The notes beneath the pieces are model-generated. The model had not been told where the DNA came from and ran no database searches. It saw only the letters and a program-made list of their open reading frames with translations. From the NCBI GenBank assembly GCA_027023405.1, contig JALVVN010000038.1, forward strand, positions 85,333 to 145,332: a stretch of DNA of 60,000 bases, read 5' to 3'. The position numbers were made by a program, and so were the translations under genes. Origin of the DNA: Campylobacterales bacterium. Lineage in GTDB: Bacteria > Campylobacterota > Campylobacteria > Campylobacterales > QNZT01. Below are positions 10,367 to 19,717 of this stretch, one piece after another (within the stretch, counting starts at the first letter, position 1; each line of letters begins with the position of its first letter).

Positions 10367-10810
10367 ATGGGATTTTTTGATTTTATCAAAGATGCTGGTA
10401 AGAAGATCTTGGGTAAAGGTGATGACAATGAGGCAGTCAAAAAGGAGATAGAGGCACATCAGGAGACAATGCCGATAGATAATTTGGATGTGGTCGTTGA
10501 CGGTGATACAGTGGTGTTAAAAGGTACTGCTAAAACAGCGGCAGATAAAGCCAAAGCTGCATTGATCGCAGGAAACATTGAGGGAATTGCGAAAGTCGAT
10601 GCTGAAGCATTGGAGACACAAGAGCCATCTGTGATTGATGATATCTTTTATGAGATCCAAAAAGGTGATACTTTGTGGAAAGTTGCTGAAATTTACTACA
10701 AAGACGGCTCTCGCTATCCTGAGATTTTCGAAGCCAATCGCGAAGTGATCAAAGATCCTGATCTTATCTATCCGGGACAAATGATTCGTATTCCAAATTT
10801 TGTCGCTTAA
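10367..10810 (+). CDS. BON + LysM domain protein (Kbp/YgaU-like)
   Basis: MGFFDFIKDAGKKI N-terminus, BON-like core, LysM YEIQKGDTLWKVA...IFEANR...DPDLIYPGQMIRIP; SD AAGGAG and upstream TATAAT. Confidence 0.9.
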   Translation: MGFFDFIKDAGKKILGKGDDNEAVKKEIEAHQETMPIDNLDVVVDGDTVVLKGTAKTAADKAKAALIAGNIEGIAKVDAEALETQEPSVIDDIFYEIQKGDTLWKVAEIYYKDGSRYPEIFEANREVIKDPDLIYPGQMIRIPNFVA

Positions 10811-10827
10811 ATTATATCATATATCTT

Positions 10828-10851
10828 CGACTCCCTCTTTATGGGGAGTCG
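10828..10851 (+). terminator. Probable intrinsic terminator after the LysM gene
   Basis: CGACTCCC-tctttatg-GGGAGTCG 8-bp stem, followed by a short T run. Confidence 0.65.
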
Positions 10852-10993
10852 CGTTTCTATCATTAATAATCAAAGTAACACTCCAGTAACACTATCCTCC
10901 TCTTATTCTTATAAGGAATATCAGGAATAAAATATTATAGAGAATATATATTATGTTAACCAATTAAACCAAATTTAAACAAAACCTTTTTAC

Positions 10994-11026
10994 ACCATCT
11001 ACTCCCATATTTTACGAGCAGATGGT
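10994..11026 (-). terminator. Probable terminator hairpin of the 11035-11703 gene
   Basis: Minus strand ACCATCTGCTC...GAGTAGATGGT pairs fully with one G-U; it starts 8 nt after the stop codon. Confidence 0.55.
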
Positions 11027-11034
11027 TTTGTGCT

Positions 11035-11703
11035 CTAGTTTGTAAAGTAGTATTTTCCTGAAGTGTAATCACTTACATCATTGGCTCTTTTTTCTGGGCT
11101 TGAACCGTCATTTGTTGCCGTAGGTTTGGCGATACCCATTTTTATCTCACTTTTTGACGCATCTCCGGAAGCGACAATTGTGGTATAAAATGTTTGAGTG
11201 ATATCATTTCCTAACATATGATTTGGTATTTTATCTACAATATCATCACCATGATCAAACTTTAAATTTACCTCAAGTGCCTTCCCTCCGTTGATCGTAT
11301 CTCCCGTCGTTAAACTATAGTAAGAGAGAAGCATCTCTGTTTCGTCACCGGTACATTGTGGATTATCATACTCTTTATACTGAAATTGCACAGTAGATCC
11401 GTAACTAATTTGGGAAATGACTTTACCCCTCCCGTCACCGGTAGGTAAACAACTCGTTTTTTGTTCACCAGTCACTAGTTTACGAGCAAGTCCTAAATAG
11501 TTTTTCAAAGGCTCAATATCATCAATACCATTTACCGCCTGCGTAGAGCTACCGTCATTATGACTTGCATTACTATTCCCATTTTGATTGATACTATTCT
11601 CATTTCCACTTGAGCCTTGACTACCGCCGTCACCTCCGCCACCACATCCAAGCAGTGTCAATACGGAAATCGCAACAAGACTTAATTTTAAGTGATTTAA
11701 CAT
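11035..11703 (-). CDS. Hypothetical lipoprotein
   Basis: Lipobox LLGC, then a Gly/Ser/Asn-rich tether and a beta-rich domain with two Cys; SD AAGGA and upstream TATAAT. Confidence 0.8.
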   Translation of the reverse strand: MLNHLKLSLVAISVLTLLGCGGGGDGGSQGSSGNENSINQNGNSNASHNDGSSTQAVNGIDDIEPLKNYLGLARKLVTGEQKTSCLPTGDGRGKVISQISYGSTVQFQYKEYDNPQCTGDETEMLLSYYSLTTGDTINGGKALEVNLKFDHGDDIVDKIPNHMLGNDITQTFYTTIVASGDASKSEIKMGIAKPTATNDGSSPEKRANDVSDYTSGKYYFTN

Positions 11704-11759
11704 AGATATCCTTTATGTTTTTTGAGATGAAATTATACAAGAAAGGAATAAAATTAAAC

Positions 11760-13094
11760 TTATTTCCCCAAACAAAAGTTTCCAAACATTTGATCGAGTA
11801 TCTCATCTCGTTCAAAGGGTTTGGTGAGGGAGGAAATGGCTTCGATAGCTTCGTTGATCTCGTAGGCGAAGAGTTCGATTTCGCCCTCCTCTAGTTGTAT
11901 TTTTGCTCTTTTGAGTGCGTCGGATGCCTGTTGTGTGGCGTCTATTTGGCGCTGGTTGATGAGGATGAGATCATCTTCAAAGGATTGTGTATCGAGATAG
12001 GCTTGAAGTGCCGTGATGAGCGGGGCAGTGTCATCTTTGGAGAGAAGGATCGGATGGTAGGCTTGTAGGATATTAGGATCGAGTTTTGGAGGGAGATCGG
12101 CTTTGTTTTCGATGATGATACAGGTTTTTTCCTCTTTGTAGCGATTGATAAGAGAGAGAATGGTCTCATCATCCTCATCAAACGCCCTACTTCGGTCAAA
12201 AAGTGCCAAGACGATTTCACTCTCCTCGATCGCCTGAATACTTCGCTCAATGCCGATCTTCTCGATCTGCTCCCCACTCTCTCGAATACCGGCGGTATCG
12301 ACGATCTTGACTAGATGCGTACCGATTCTGATCTCCTCTTCGATGGTATCCCGCGTCGTACCGGCGAGATCGGAGGTGATGGCACGATCGTAGCAAAGTA
12401 GTGCATTGAGTAGTGAGCTTTTTCCGACATTGGGTTTGCCAATGATGCAGATACGAAAGCCCTCTAGCAGACCTCTTCGTCGTCTGCTTGCCTCTACACT
12501 TTTGTCTAGCAAGGCGATATTTTCTTGTAGCATTGCATCTATTCGCTCAAGGAGTTTGGGATCGAGATCCTCTTCCGCATAGTCGATCCCTACTTCGACA
12601 AAGGCAAGTGTCTCGACAAGTTCCTCTCGTAGTTTGTGGATAAATTGACCCAGATTACCCTTGAGTTGCTTGGCGAGGATTTTAACGCTATCTTCACTTT
12701 TACTCTCAATCATTGCTGCGATGGCTTCTGCTTGGGCAATGTCAATTTTACCGTTGAGTACGGCGCGCTTGCTAAATTCACCCGGTTGTGCGAGTCGTGC
12801 ACCGTGAATCATACAAGCATCAACAATCATTTGGGCGATCATCTGTCCGCCGTGGGTTTGAAACTCCACGATACACTCTCCAGTGAAGCTCTTTGGCGAT
12901 TGAAAATAGATCACGATCGCCTCATCGATGAGTGTATTGTCATGATAGAGAGCTGTGAGAGTAGCGGTACGAGGGATGAGTTTTTCTCGTCGGGTGATTT
13001 TTTGAGCAATTTGGAGTGCTAGAGAACCGCTCAATCGCACGATAGCGATTCCCCCTACTCCGTGTGGTGTGGCAATAGCGACAATGGTATCTAT
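11760..13094 (-). CDS. mnmE: tRNA modification GTPase MnmE (proposed non-canonical ATA start)
   Basis: GKPNVGKSS, GTTRD, DTAGIR, NKAD, C-terminal FCLGK. The conserved DTIVAIATPHGVGGIAIVRLSG extends in frame upstream of the ORF-track GTG at 13040. Confidence 0.95.
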   Translation of the reverse strand: MDTIVAIATPHGVGGIAIVRLSGSLALQIAQKITRREKLIPRTATLTALYHDNTLIDEAIVIYFQSPKSFTGECIVEFQTHGGQMIAQMIVDACMIHGARLAQPGEFSKRAVLNGKIDIAQAEAIAAMIESKSEDSVKILAKQLKGNLGQFIHKLREELVETLAFVEVGIDYAEEDLDPKLLERIDAMLQENIALLDKSVEASRRRRGLLEGFRICIIGKPNVGKSSLLNALLCYDRAITSDLAGTTRDTIEEEIRIGTHLVKIVDTAGIRESGEQIEKIGIERSIQAIEESEIVLALFDRSRAFDEDDETILSLINRYKEEKTCIIIENKADLPPKLDPNILQAYHPILLSKDDTAPLITALQAYLDTQSFEDDLILINQRQIDATQQASDALKRAKIQLEEGEIELFAYEINEAIEAISSLTKPFERDEILDQMFGNFCLGK

Positions 13095-13768
13095 CGATCC
13101 TCTCCATAGCGCTCTGCGACGATCACCTTTTTTCTACCGTCTTTGAGCGATTTGATAGCGACATATTTATCAGGATAACGCGCTCTGAGTTTTTGGAGTG
13201 CGATCTTGACCAAGATGCCGTCAAGCGGTTTGGTGTGTGCATATCCTTGAGCTTCGACGCGCTCTTCAACCTCCTGGAGGTAGTGCTCAATCATCTCCTC
13301 TTGGTTTTTTAAAAAGGAGCCGATCTCAAGTGAGATATTTTTTTGATACTTTATCTTGATCCAGTTGTGAAGCATATAGGAGAGTGCTTTGTATCGATAC
13401 CCCTCTTTACCGATCAGCAGTGCTGCATCTTTACCGTCAAGTTTGATGTAGATTGTATCATCTTGCAAAGAGAGTTCGACGAGTGATATCTCAAAACAGC
13501 TATCATTCAAAAGTGATATGATCCCCTTTTTGATCGCATTAAGAGAAGAATCCTCTTTGCTTGTCTCACTTTTTTCAACCTCATTTTTGGGTGGTTGAAC
13601 ACCCCGCTTCGCATCTGCGGTGATGATCGCCTCTTTTTTAAAGAGCCCCAAAAAGCCTCTACTTGGTGCTTGAATAATCTCTACATCGAGATCGACGACA
13701 GAGAGTCCTAACTCTTTCGAGGCTTTGGTGTAAGCCTCTTCTAAACTATCTGCTGTAATTCGAATCAT
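13091..13768 (-). CDS. Jag/EloR (KhpB)-type RNA-binding protein
   Basis: Jag-N domain (SLEEAYTKAS...EIIQAPSRGFLGLFKKEAII), KH-like AALLIGKEGYRYKAL; position between yidC and mnmE. Confidence 0.88.
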   Translation of the reverse strand: MIRITADSLEEAYTKASKELGLSVVDLDVEIIQAPSRGFLGLFKKEAIITADAKRGVQPPKNEVEKSETSKEDSSLNAIKKGIISLLNDSCFEISLVELSLQDDTIYIKLDGKDAALLIGKEGYRYKALSYMLHNWIKIKYQKNISLEIGSFLKNQEEMIEHYLQEVEERVEAQGYAHTKPLDGILVKIALQKLRARYPDKYVAIKSLKDGRKKVIVAERYGEDR

Positions 13769-15384
13769 GCTTTGATTTTCTCTTTCTCAAAAAGTTTATT
13801 GACATAGTATTGTTGGGCAACGCTAAAGAGGTTATTGACAAACCAGTAAAGCGTCAAACCGGCAGGAAATGTTACAAAGAAGAAGGTAAAAATAAGCGGT
13901 AAAAACTTCATGATCTTCTCTTGCATCGGATCAGTAAAATTGTTAGGTGTAAGATGTTGTTGCCAAAACATCGTTGCTCCCATCAAGATCGGCAGGATAA
14001 AATAGGGATCCATCACGGAGAGATCGTGAATCCATCCGATCCACGGTGCATGTTTGAGCTCAACGGTATTCAGAAGCACACGATAGATGGCAAAAAAGAT
14101 AGGGATTTGCAGAAGCATCGGTAGACATCCGCCCATTGGATTGGCACCGTGCTTTTTGTAGAGTTCCATCATTTTTGCATTCATCTTTTGTGGTTCACTC
14201 TTATATTTTTCTCGAATTTCTTTGACTTTAGGGCTGAGTGCTTTCATTTTGTTCATACTAACCATTCCCTTGTAGGTGAGTGGATAGAGAAGTAATCGAA
14301 GTAAAATCGTGATAATCACAATCGCCCATCCCCAGTTTCCTACAACATGATAGATTGCTTTAAGCGCACTAAAAAGCGGTTTGGAGATAAAAGTGAAAAA
14401 ACCGTATTCAATCACCTCAGTCAAATGTGGATCGATAGCAGCAAGCGTGTCATACTCTTTTGGACCGATGTAGCCCTCAAGCTTCATTGCTTGTGAACCT
14501 TTGACAAACGGTAGAGGATTCTCCTCTTTGTCTCGGTCAATGACGACATTGAAACCCTGATCAAAGTTATAAAAGACACTACTGAAATATTTATTGGATG
14601 AAGCGACAATTTTTGCTCCGGGGAAACTCTCCCCTCCTTTGGCTTTACCGTCATCGATCATCTCTCTTTTCCCGTCAGCTTTCTCAATCAAAACTCCGTT
14701 AAAGGTGTAGCGATCGGTGTCTATGGTAGGTCGTGAACCGTTGGTAATGTAGTACTCTTGCGGATTGGTGAGTGAGACCTCTACATCGTAATTTCCGAGC
14801 TTGTGAAAGGTGATTTTTTTGGTAACGGTGGTTTTACTCAACTTTTGTGTGAGGGTCAAGGTGGCGGTACCGTTGTCAGAAACGGTGATCTCATCTTTAT
14901 CTGCTGTATACGGAGTAGAAAACGCCTCTTGATTGAGTTGCGGATCACTAAAACGAACCTCTAAAGGCAATAGCGTATTCTCTTTTGAGATAATAACCGG
15001 GAAAGTACCGTCCGCTTCAAGAAATTTTTTCTCTTTAAACTCAAAGTGCTCGACTCTCCCTAGCGCATCGATTTTTGCCATAAATTTCTCTGCATGAATG
15101 GTAGAGATGACCTTTGTCGAGGTAGCACTTTTCGTATCAGCCGATGCGGGTGATGCGAGTCTGTTCGAGACTTGTGACGATGCCATACTCGGTGTTTGTG
15201 CATGTGGTGCAGCATGTAAAGTTGTGGCGCTCGTAGCGGATTGCGTAATTTGAGTGGTTTGTGCGGTTTGATTCAGATCAGCATATTGCGGTTTTGGCAT
15301 AAAGGCTTCGTAGACTATGAAAAAGAGTACACTTAGCACCATTGCTAAGATCATTCGTTGCTGTTGTGACATATTATCTATCAA
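13765..15384 (-). CDS. yidC: Membrane protein insertase YidC
   Basis: GNWGWAI, NPMGGCLPMLLQIPIFFAIY, WIHDLS.MDPYFILP, FPAGLTLYW. Likely start TTG 15384 after AAGGA. Confidence 0.96.
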   Translation of the reverse strand: MIDNMSQQQRMILAMVLSVLFFIVYEAFMPKPQYADLNQTAQTTQITQSATSATTLHAAPHAQTPSMASSQVSNRLASPASADTKSATSTKVISTIHAEKFMAKIDALGRVEHFEFKEKKFLEADGTFPVIISKENTLLPLEVRFSDPQLNQEAFSTPYTADKDEITVSDNGTATLTLTQKLSKTTVTKKITFHKLGNYDVEVSLTNPQEYYITNGSRPTIDTDRYTFNGVLIEKADGKREMIDDGKAKGGESFPGAKIVASSNKYFSSVFYNFDQGFNVVIDRDKEENPLPFVKGSQAMKLEGYIGPKEYDTLAAIDPHLTEVIEYGFFTFISKPLFSALKAIYHVVGNWGWAIVIITILLRLLLYPLTYKGMVSMNKMKALSPKVKEIREKYKSEPQKMNAKMMELYKKHGANPMGGCLPMLLQIPIFFAIYRVLLNTVELKHAPWIGWIHDLSVMDPYFILPILMGATMFWQQHLTPNNFTDPMQEKIMKFLPLIFTFFFVTFPAGLTLYWFVNNLFSVAQQYYVNKLFEKEKIKA

Positions 15385-15727
15385 AATTGTTTCCTTTGAA
15401 TCGTTTGATGAGGAGGAATCGAGACTCATCCTTTGGAATAAGAAAGTATTTTACATCAAGAAGCTTTTTGTCTTGATTAGGCAGGCAAAGAGGATTTTTT
15501 TTTAAGTCTCTTTTTACAATCGGATAGTCAAAACCACCCTCAAAGAGTGTATTGCAAGTGAGTATGCGTTTGAGTGTCAAAAGGGAGGCTTTCACGACTC
15601 CGTTATTTTCAAATTGCCACTTGCTATACTCGGAACAGGTGGGGTAGTAGCGACAACTACCTGGAGTGAGTGGACTAATATATCGCTGATAGAGGAAGAG
15701 TAGCTTCAAAAAAAATTTTTTGATCAC
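15374..15727 (-). CDS. yidD: Membrane protein insertion efficiency factor
   Basis: YQRYISP...SCRYYPTCSEY...RILTCN...GGFDYP. Confidence 0.93.
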   Translation of the reverse strand: MIKKFFLKLLFLYQRYISPLTPGSCRYYPTCSEYSKWQFENNGVVKASLLTLKRILTCNTLFEGGFDYPIVKRDLKKNPLCLPNQDKKLLDVKYFLIPKDESRFLLIKRFKGNNFDR

Positions 15728-16062
15728 CTGGTGAGTGCTCCCACATTTTTGAGTGCATAATCAAACGATCGTTCAAGCTTATCAAAGGAGATGGTTAGTA
15801 TCTCTTTTTTGGCTACCAAGATGTAGGAGCCTTGAGTGAATTGCGCTTGTCTCTTTAAAAAGAGTGCGCGCATGCGCCGTTTTGCAAAATTTCTCTCAAC
15901 GGCATTCCCTACTTTTTTACTTGCTGTAAAGCCGACTTTATGCTTATTTGAGGGCTGAAAAAAGAGTAGGAATGCATTGGTATGACACTTGTTTGCACGG
16001 TTATAGAGTCGTGCAAACTCGCGAGTGGATTTGAGTGTCGTGTAGTGCTTTAGACGGCTAAT
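15724..16062 (-). CDS. rnpA: Ribonuclease P protein component (absent from ORF track; proposed ATT start)
   Basis: Manual translation [22 protein letters not shown]...[27 protein letters not shown]...YILVAK...; RNR-type motif; lies between rpmH and yidD; TGA overlaps the yidD GTG. Confidence 0.92.
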   Translation of the reverse strand: MSRLKHYTTLKSTREFARLYNRANKCHTNAFLLFFQPSNKHKVGFTASKKVGNAVERNFAKRRMRALFLKRQAQFTQGSYILVAKKEILTISFDKLERSFDYALKNVGALTR

Positions 16063-16184
16063 CTCTTTCTACCTTTTGCGCGTCTTGCTTTGATCACTCT
16101 TCGTCCGTTTTTGGTTTTCATTCGAGCGCGAAAACCGTGTGTGCGTTTTCGTGGTGTGTTGTGCGGTTGATAGGTTCTTTTCAT
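16050..16184 (-). CDS. rpmH: 50S ribosomal protein L34 (absent from ORF track)
   Basis: Manual translation [44 protein letters not shown]; SD AAGGA. Confidence 0.97.
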   Translation of the reverse strand: MKRTYQPHNTPRKRTHGFRARMKTKNGRRVIKARRAKGRKRLAV

Positions 16185-16261
16185 AATCTCATCCTTCTTT
16201 CTCTTAAATAGTCGCGAATAGTACTCAAAATTGGCTTAAGAAAAGCTCAAACGGTACAACG

Positions 16262-16495
16262 CTATCCGTGCATCTCTTTGGCAAGTTTCAGCGCATCTAT
16301 CAAATCATCAAGATTTGCGTAAGGTATATGTGCCTTCCAGTCAGGTTCACTACTGTCTCCCTTGAGGGAAATGCCGATACTGACGACCGGATCACTATCC
16401 TCTCCATAAGGCTCTTGAAGATGTGATACAGAGATTGTACCCGTTTTCGTACCTGCTAATTTGAAAGTTTTTAATACTTTTGATTGTTTACTCAT
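16262..16495 (-). CDS. Small hypothetical protein (77 aa)
   Basis: ATG with SD AAGGA, 4 nt after the lpxD stop; plausible globular beta/alpha sequence. Confidence 0.75.
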   Translation of the reverse strand: MSKQSKVLKTFKLAGTKTGTISVSHLQEPYGEDSDPVVSIGISLKGDSSEPDWKAHIPYANLDDLIDALKLAKEMHG

Positions 16496-16499
16496 ATTG

Positions 16500-17462
16500 T
16501 TATCCTTTTTTAAAAAATTTTTGAATTTTGGCTTGAAGTTTCAGCCAGTCACTGTGAAGCATCAAGGGAAAACCGCTATACACTTTTCCCCCTTCGATAC
16601 TCTTTGTCACACCGCCACGCGCTGCAACAGTTGCAAAGTCACCGATACTCAAATGACCGGCAGTTGCGCTCTGCCCACCCATTACGACATTTCTTCCCAA
16701 TCGAGTGGAGCCAGATATTCCACTCTGCGCAACGAGAATTGAGCCTGCTCCAATGTCGCAATTGTGTCCGATTTGGACCAAGTTGTCAATCTTGGTTCCA
16801 CTTTGTATACGCGTCGTACCGAATACAGCACGATCGATTGAGCTATTAGAACCGATCTCGACATCGTCTTCAAGTATAACGCATCCGTTATGGATGATTT
16901 TGATATGCTCTCCTGTTTTGGTGTGGGCATACCCAAAGCCGTCACTGCCGATAACAGAATTGGCGTGAATGATGCAGAACTTACCTACGATCGTATCGTT
17001 GTAGAGGGTGACATTGGGATAGATGATGGTATTGTCACCTATATGCACATTCTCTCCAATAAAGGCTCCATCGAAAATATGGACATTCTCACCGATAATT
17101 GCTCCGTTTCCAATATGTACCCTCTCTCCAATCTGCGCTGTAAGCGCGATGATCGTCTTTTCACGGGGACGAATGAGCGGTTTGGCAAAGAGGTGTGTCG
17201 CTTCAGCCATCTTAAGATAGGGCTCTTCACTCACAAGTGCCCCAACCCCTTCCGGTAAGAGTGACAGTTGATCTGGGCGTATCAAGACGGCACCCGCCTT
17301 GGTCTCTTTGAGTTGGGAGAGATATTTGGAGTTTTCTAAAAAGGAGATCTCCTGAGCTGTTGCCTCTTGGAGGGTATTGATCCCGACCACCTCAAAAGGC
17401 TCTCCGACATAATCGACCTCTAGCTTTTTAGCAAGTGTATCAATTGCGATAGTTTGACTCAT
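16500..17462 (-). CDS. lpxD: UDP-3-O-(3-hydroxyacyl)glucosamine N-acyltransferase
   Basis: Hexapeptide repeats, IGSDGFGYA, IDRA, KIDNLVQIGHN. Confidence 0.96.
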   Translation of the reverse strand: MSQTIAIDTLAKKLEVDYVGEPFEVVGINTLQEATAQEISFLENSKYLSQLKETKAGAVLIRPDQLSLLPEGVGALVSEEPYLKMAEATHLFAKPLIRPREKTIIALTAQIGERVHIGNGAIIGENVHIFDGAFIGENVHIGDNTIIYPNVTLYNDTIVGKFCIIHANSVIGSDGFGYAHTKTGEHIKIIHNGCVILEDDVEIGSNSSIDRAVFGTTRIQSGTKIDNLVQIGHNCDIGAGSILVAQSGISGSTRLGRNVVMGGQSATAGHLSIGDFATVAARGGVTKSIEGGKVYSGFPLMLHSDWLKLQAKIQKFFKKG

Positions 17463-17935
17463 GCCTTCTCCATTGAGACGGAACCACCCCGTACAATCTC
17501 AGTTGGATGAAACTTTTTGATGATCTTGATAAAATTTTCGATGCGATTGGCATCATCCACCGCCATCAAGATGAGTGAATCCTCTGTGGCATTGGCAACA
17601 ATGCCGTTATATCCGCCCAATATCGCATCCAAACCGCTAAGATTTGCTGAGAGCGGGATCTTGACCAATACCATCTCCTTCTCTACGACATCTTGATTTT
17701 CGATCACTTTGTAGGTCGGAATGAGCTTGTGAAGCTGTTTGACAATCTGCTCAAAAACCCGTTTATTCCCCTCTGTAACGATAGTAAAGCGGGAGTAGTC
17801 GGTATCGGGAATCGGCGCGACGGTGAGAGAGATGATGTTATACCCGCGACCGGCAAAGAGTCCGGAGATGCGAGAGAGTACACCATGCTCATTTTGAACG
17901 ATGACCGAAAGCACTTTTCTGACCTCTTGACTCAT
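17459..17935 (-). CDS. ilvN: Acetolactate synthase small subunit
   Basis: NEHGVLSRISGLFAGRGYNI.SLTVA ACT domain; overlaps the large subunit. Confidence 0.95.
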   Translation of the reverse strand: MSQEVRKVLSVIVQNEHGVLSRISGLFAGRGYNIISLTVAPIPDTDYSRFTIVTEGNKRVFEQIVKQLHKLIPTYKVIENQDVVEKEMVLVKIPLSANLSGLDAILGGYNGIVANATEDSLILMAVDDANRIENFIKIIKKFHPTEIVRGGSVSMEKA

Positions 17936-19632
17936 CTCTGCTCCTTGTACTCTAATAGCATATTATACAGCGATCCGCCACTTGGTACCATCGGTAAGAC
18001 ATTTTCAAGTCGTGAGACTTTGACATCGATCATTGCCACCCTCTTTTGTGCGATTGCGTCGTTGAGAGCCTCTTCAAATGCCTCCTTTGTCTCGACTCGA
18101 TATCCGATAGCACCGAAACTCTCACAGAGTTTGACAAAATCGGGTTGCATACTCAAATCGGTTTCTGAATAGCGTTTGTCATAGAAAAAGGTTTGCCATT
18201 GGCGCACCATTCCCAGATAGTTGTTGTTGAGAATAATATTGATGACGGGGATCTGCTCTTCGACAGCGGTCATCAACTCTTGAATATTCATCAGAATTGA
18301 GCCGTCTCCGGTAAAGTTAATGACCACTTTATCAGGATTTGCTACCTTTGCACCTAATGCAGCCGGAAATCCAAATCCCATCGTACCCAATCCCCCGCTG
18401 GTGATGAGTTGTCGCGCTCTATCAAAAGGATAAAACTGTGCCGTCCACATCTGATGCTGTCCGACATCGGTGGAGATAATCGCTTCATCTCCTACCATCT
18501 CCCCTACTTTCTCAATCACCCACTGGGGTTTGATCACCTCTTGGCTATCTTCGTAGGAGAGTGGATGTACCTCATTATATCGTTGGAGTAGATCGCGCCA
18601 CGATTGGTAGCGCCCACTGTCAAAATTTTCATCAATAAGATGGTTCATTTGCTCCAAGACATACTTGAGATCGCCGACAATTGGATAGTCAATATCGATA
18701 ATTTTTCCAATGCTACTGGGATCGATATCGACATGGATTACTTTGGCGTGTTTGGCAAACTCGGCCACCCTTCCCGTAACACGATCATCGAAGCGGCTTC
18801 CAAGTGCGATAATCAAATCCGCCTCACTCATCGCCATATTGGATGCATAGTTGCCGTGCATTCCCACCATTCCTAAAAGATAGGGATTATCCGCACCGCA
18901 TACACCACGCGCCATGAGTGTTTCGACTGCCGGGATAGCACTCTTTTGTATAAATTCGCGCAACGCTTCACTTGCATTGGAAAGGACGATTCCGCCACCA
19001 AGATACAAGAGCGGTTTTTTAGCGCTTTTGATTGCCTCGATTGCCTTTTTGATCTGTTTGGCACTCCCTTTGTAGGTCGGTTTATAGGTTTCTAGCTTCA
19101 CCTCTTTGGGGTAGAAAAACTCACCCATCTGTGCCGTGATATCCTTAGGAATATCGATATGAACGGGTCCCGGACGACCGCTCTTTGCCAGATAAAACGC
19201 CTCTTTAATGGTAGGGGCTAGATCGTTGATATCCTTGACGAGATAGTTGTGTTTGGTGCAGGGACGACTGATGCCTACTGCATCGATCTCTTGAAAAGCA
19301 TCGGTACCGATGACACTGAGCGGTACTTGACCGGAAATGACGACAAGCGGGATTGAATCGGTGTAGGCAGTCGCCAAACCTGTTACGGCATTGGTAAAAC
19401 CGGGACCGCTTGTCACAATGGTGACCCCCACTTCACCACTAGAGCGAGCATAGCCGTCTGCGGCATGTACTGCAGCTTGTTCGTGTCTTGTGAGTATGTG
19501 GCGAAAATGATCTTTTTGTTTGTAGATCTCATCATAGACATTCATAATCGCACCGCCGGGGTAGCCAAAGGCGATCTTTACCCCCTCCTCTTTTAGCGAT
19601 TCTAATACAATCTGTGAACCGTTTAGTTCCAT
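17932..19632 (-). CDS. ilvB: Acetolactate synthase large subunit
   Basis: FGYPGGA, RHEQAAVHAADGYAR, TDVGQHQMW, ThDP motif GDGSILMN...NN. Start at ATG 19632 (or TTG 19635) after AAGGA. Confidence 0.96.
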   Translation of the reverse strand: MELNGSQIVLESLKEEGVKIAFGYPGGAIMNVYDEIYKQKDHFRHILTRHEQAAVHAADGYARSSGEVGVTIVTSGPGFTNAVTGLATAYTDSIPLVVISGQVPLSVIGTDAFQEIDAVGISRPCTKHNYLVKDINDLAPTIKEAFYLAKSGRPGPVHIDIPKDITAQMGEFFYPKEVKLETYKPTYKGSAKQIKKAIEAIKSAKKPLLYLGGGIVLSNASEALREFIQKSAIPAVETLMARGVCGADNPYLLGMVGMHGNYASNMAMSEADLIIALGSRFDDRVTGRVAEFAKHAKVIHVDIDPSSIGKIIDIDYPIVGDLKYVLEQMNHLIDENFDSGRYQSWRDLLQRYNEVHPLSYEDSQEVIKPQWVIEKVGEMVGDEAIISTDVGQHQMWTAQFYPFDRARQLITSGGLGTMGFGFPAALGAKVANPDKVVINFTGDGSILMNIQELMTAVEEQIPVINIILNNNYLGMVRQWQTFFYDKRYSETDLSMQPDFVKLCESFGAIGYRVETKEAFEEALNDAIAQKRVAMIDVKVSRLENVLPMVPSGGSLYNMLLEYKEQR

Positions 19633-19717
19633 CAACTTTTCCTTTGTATTTGAAGCAGTCATTATAGCTAATTTAGTTGAAGGGCACCTCTAAAGTCATT
19701 GATCAAAAGATCTTGTT

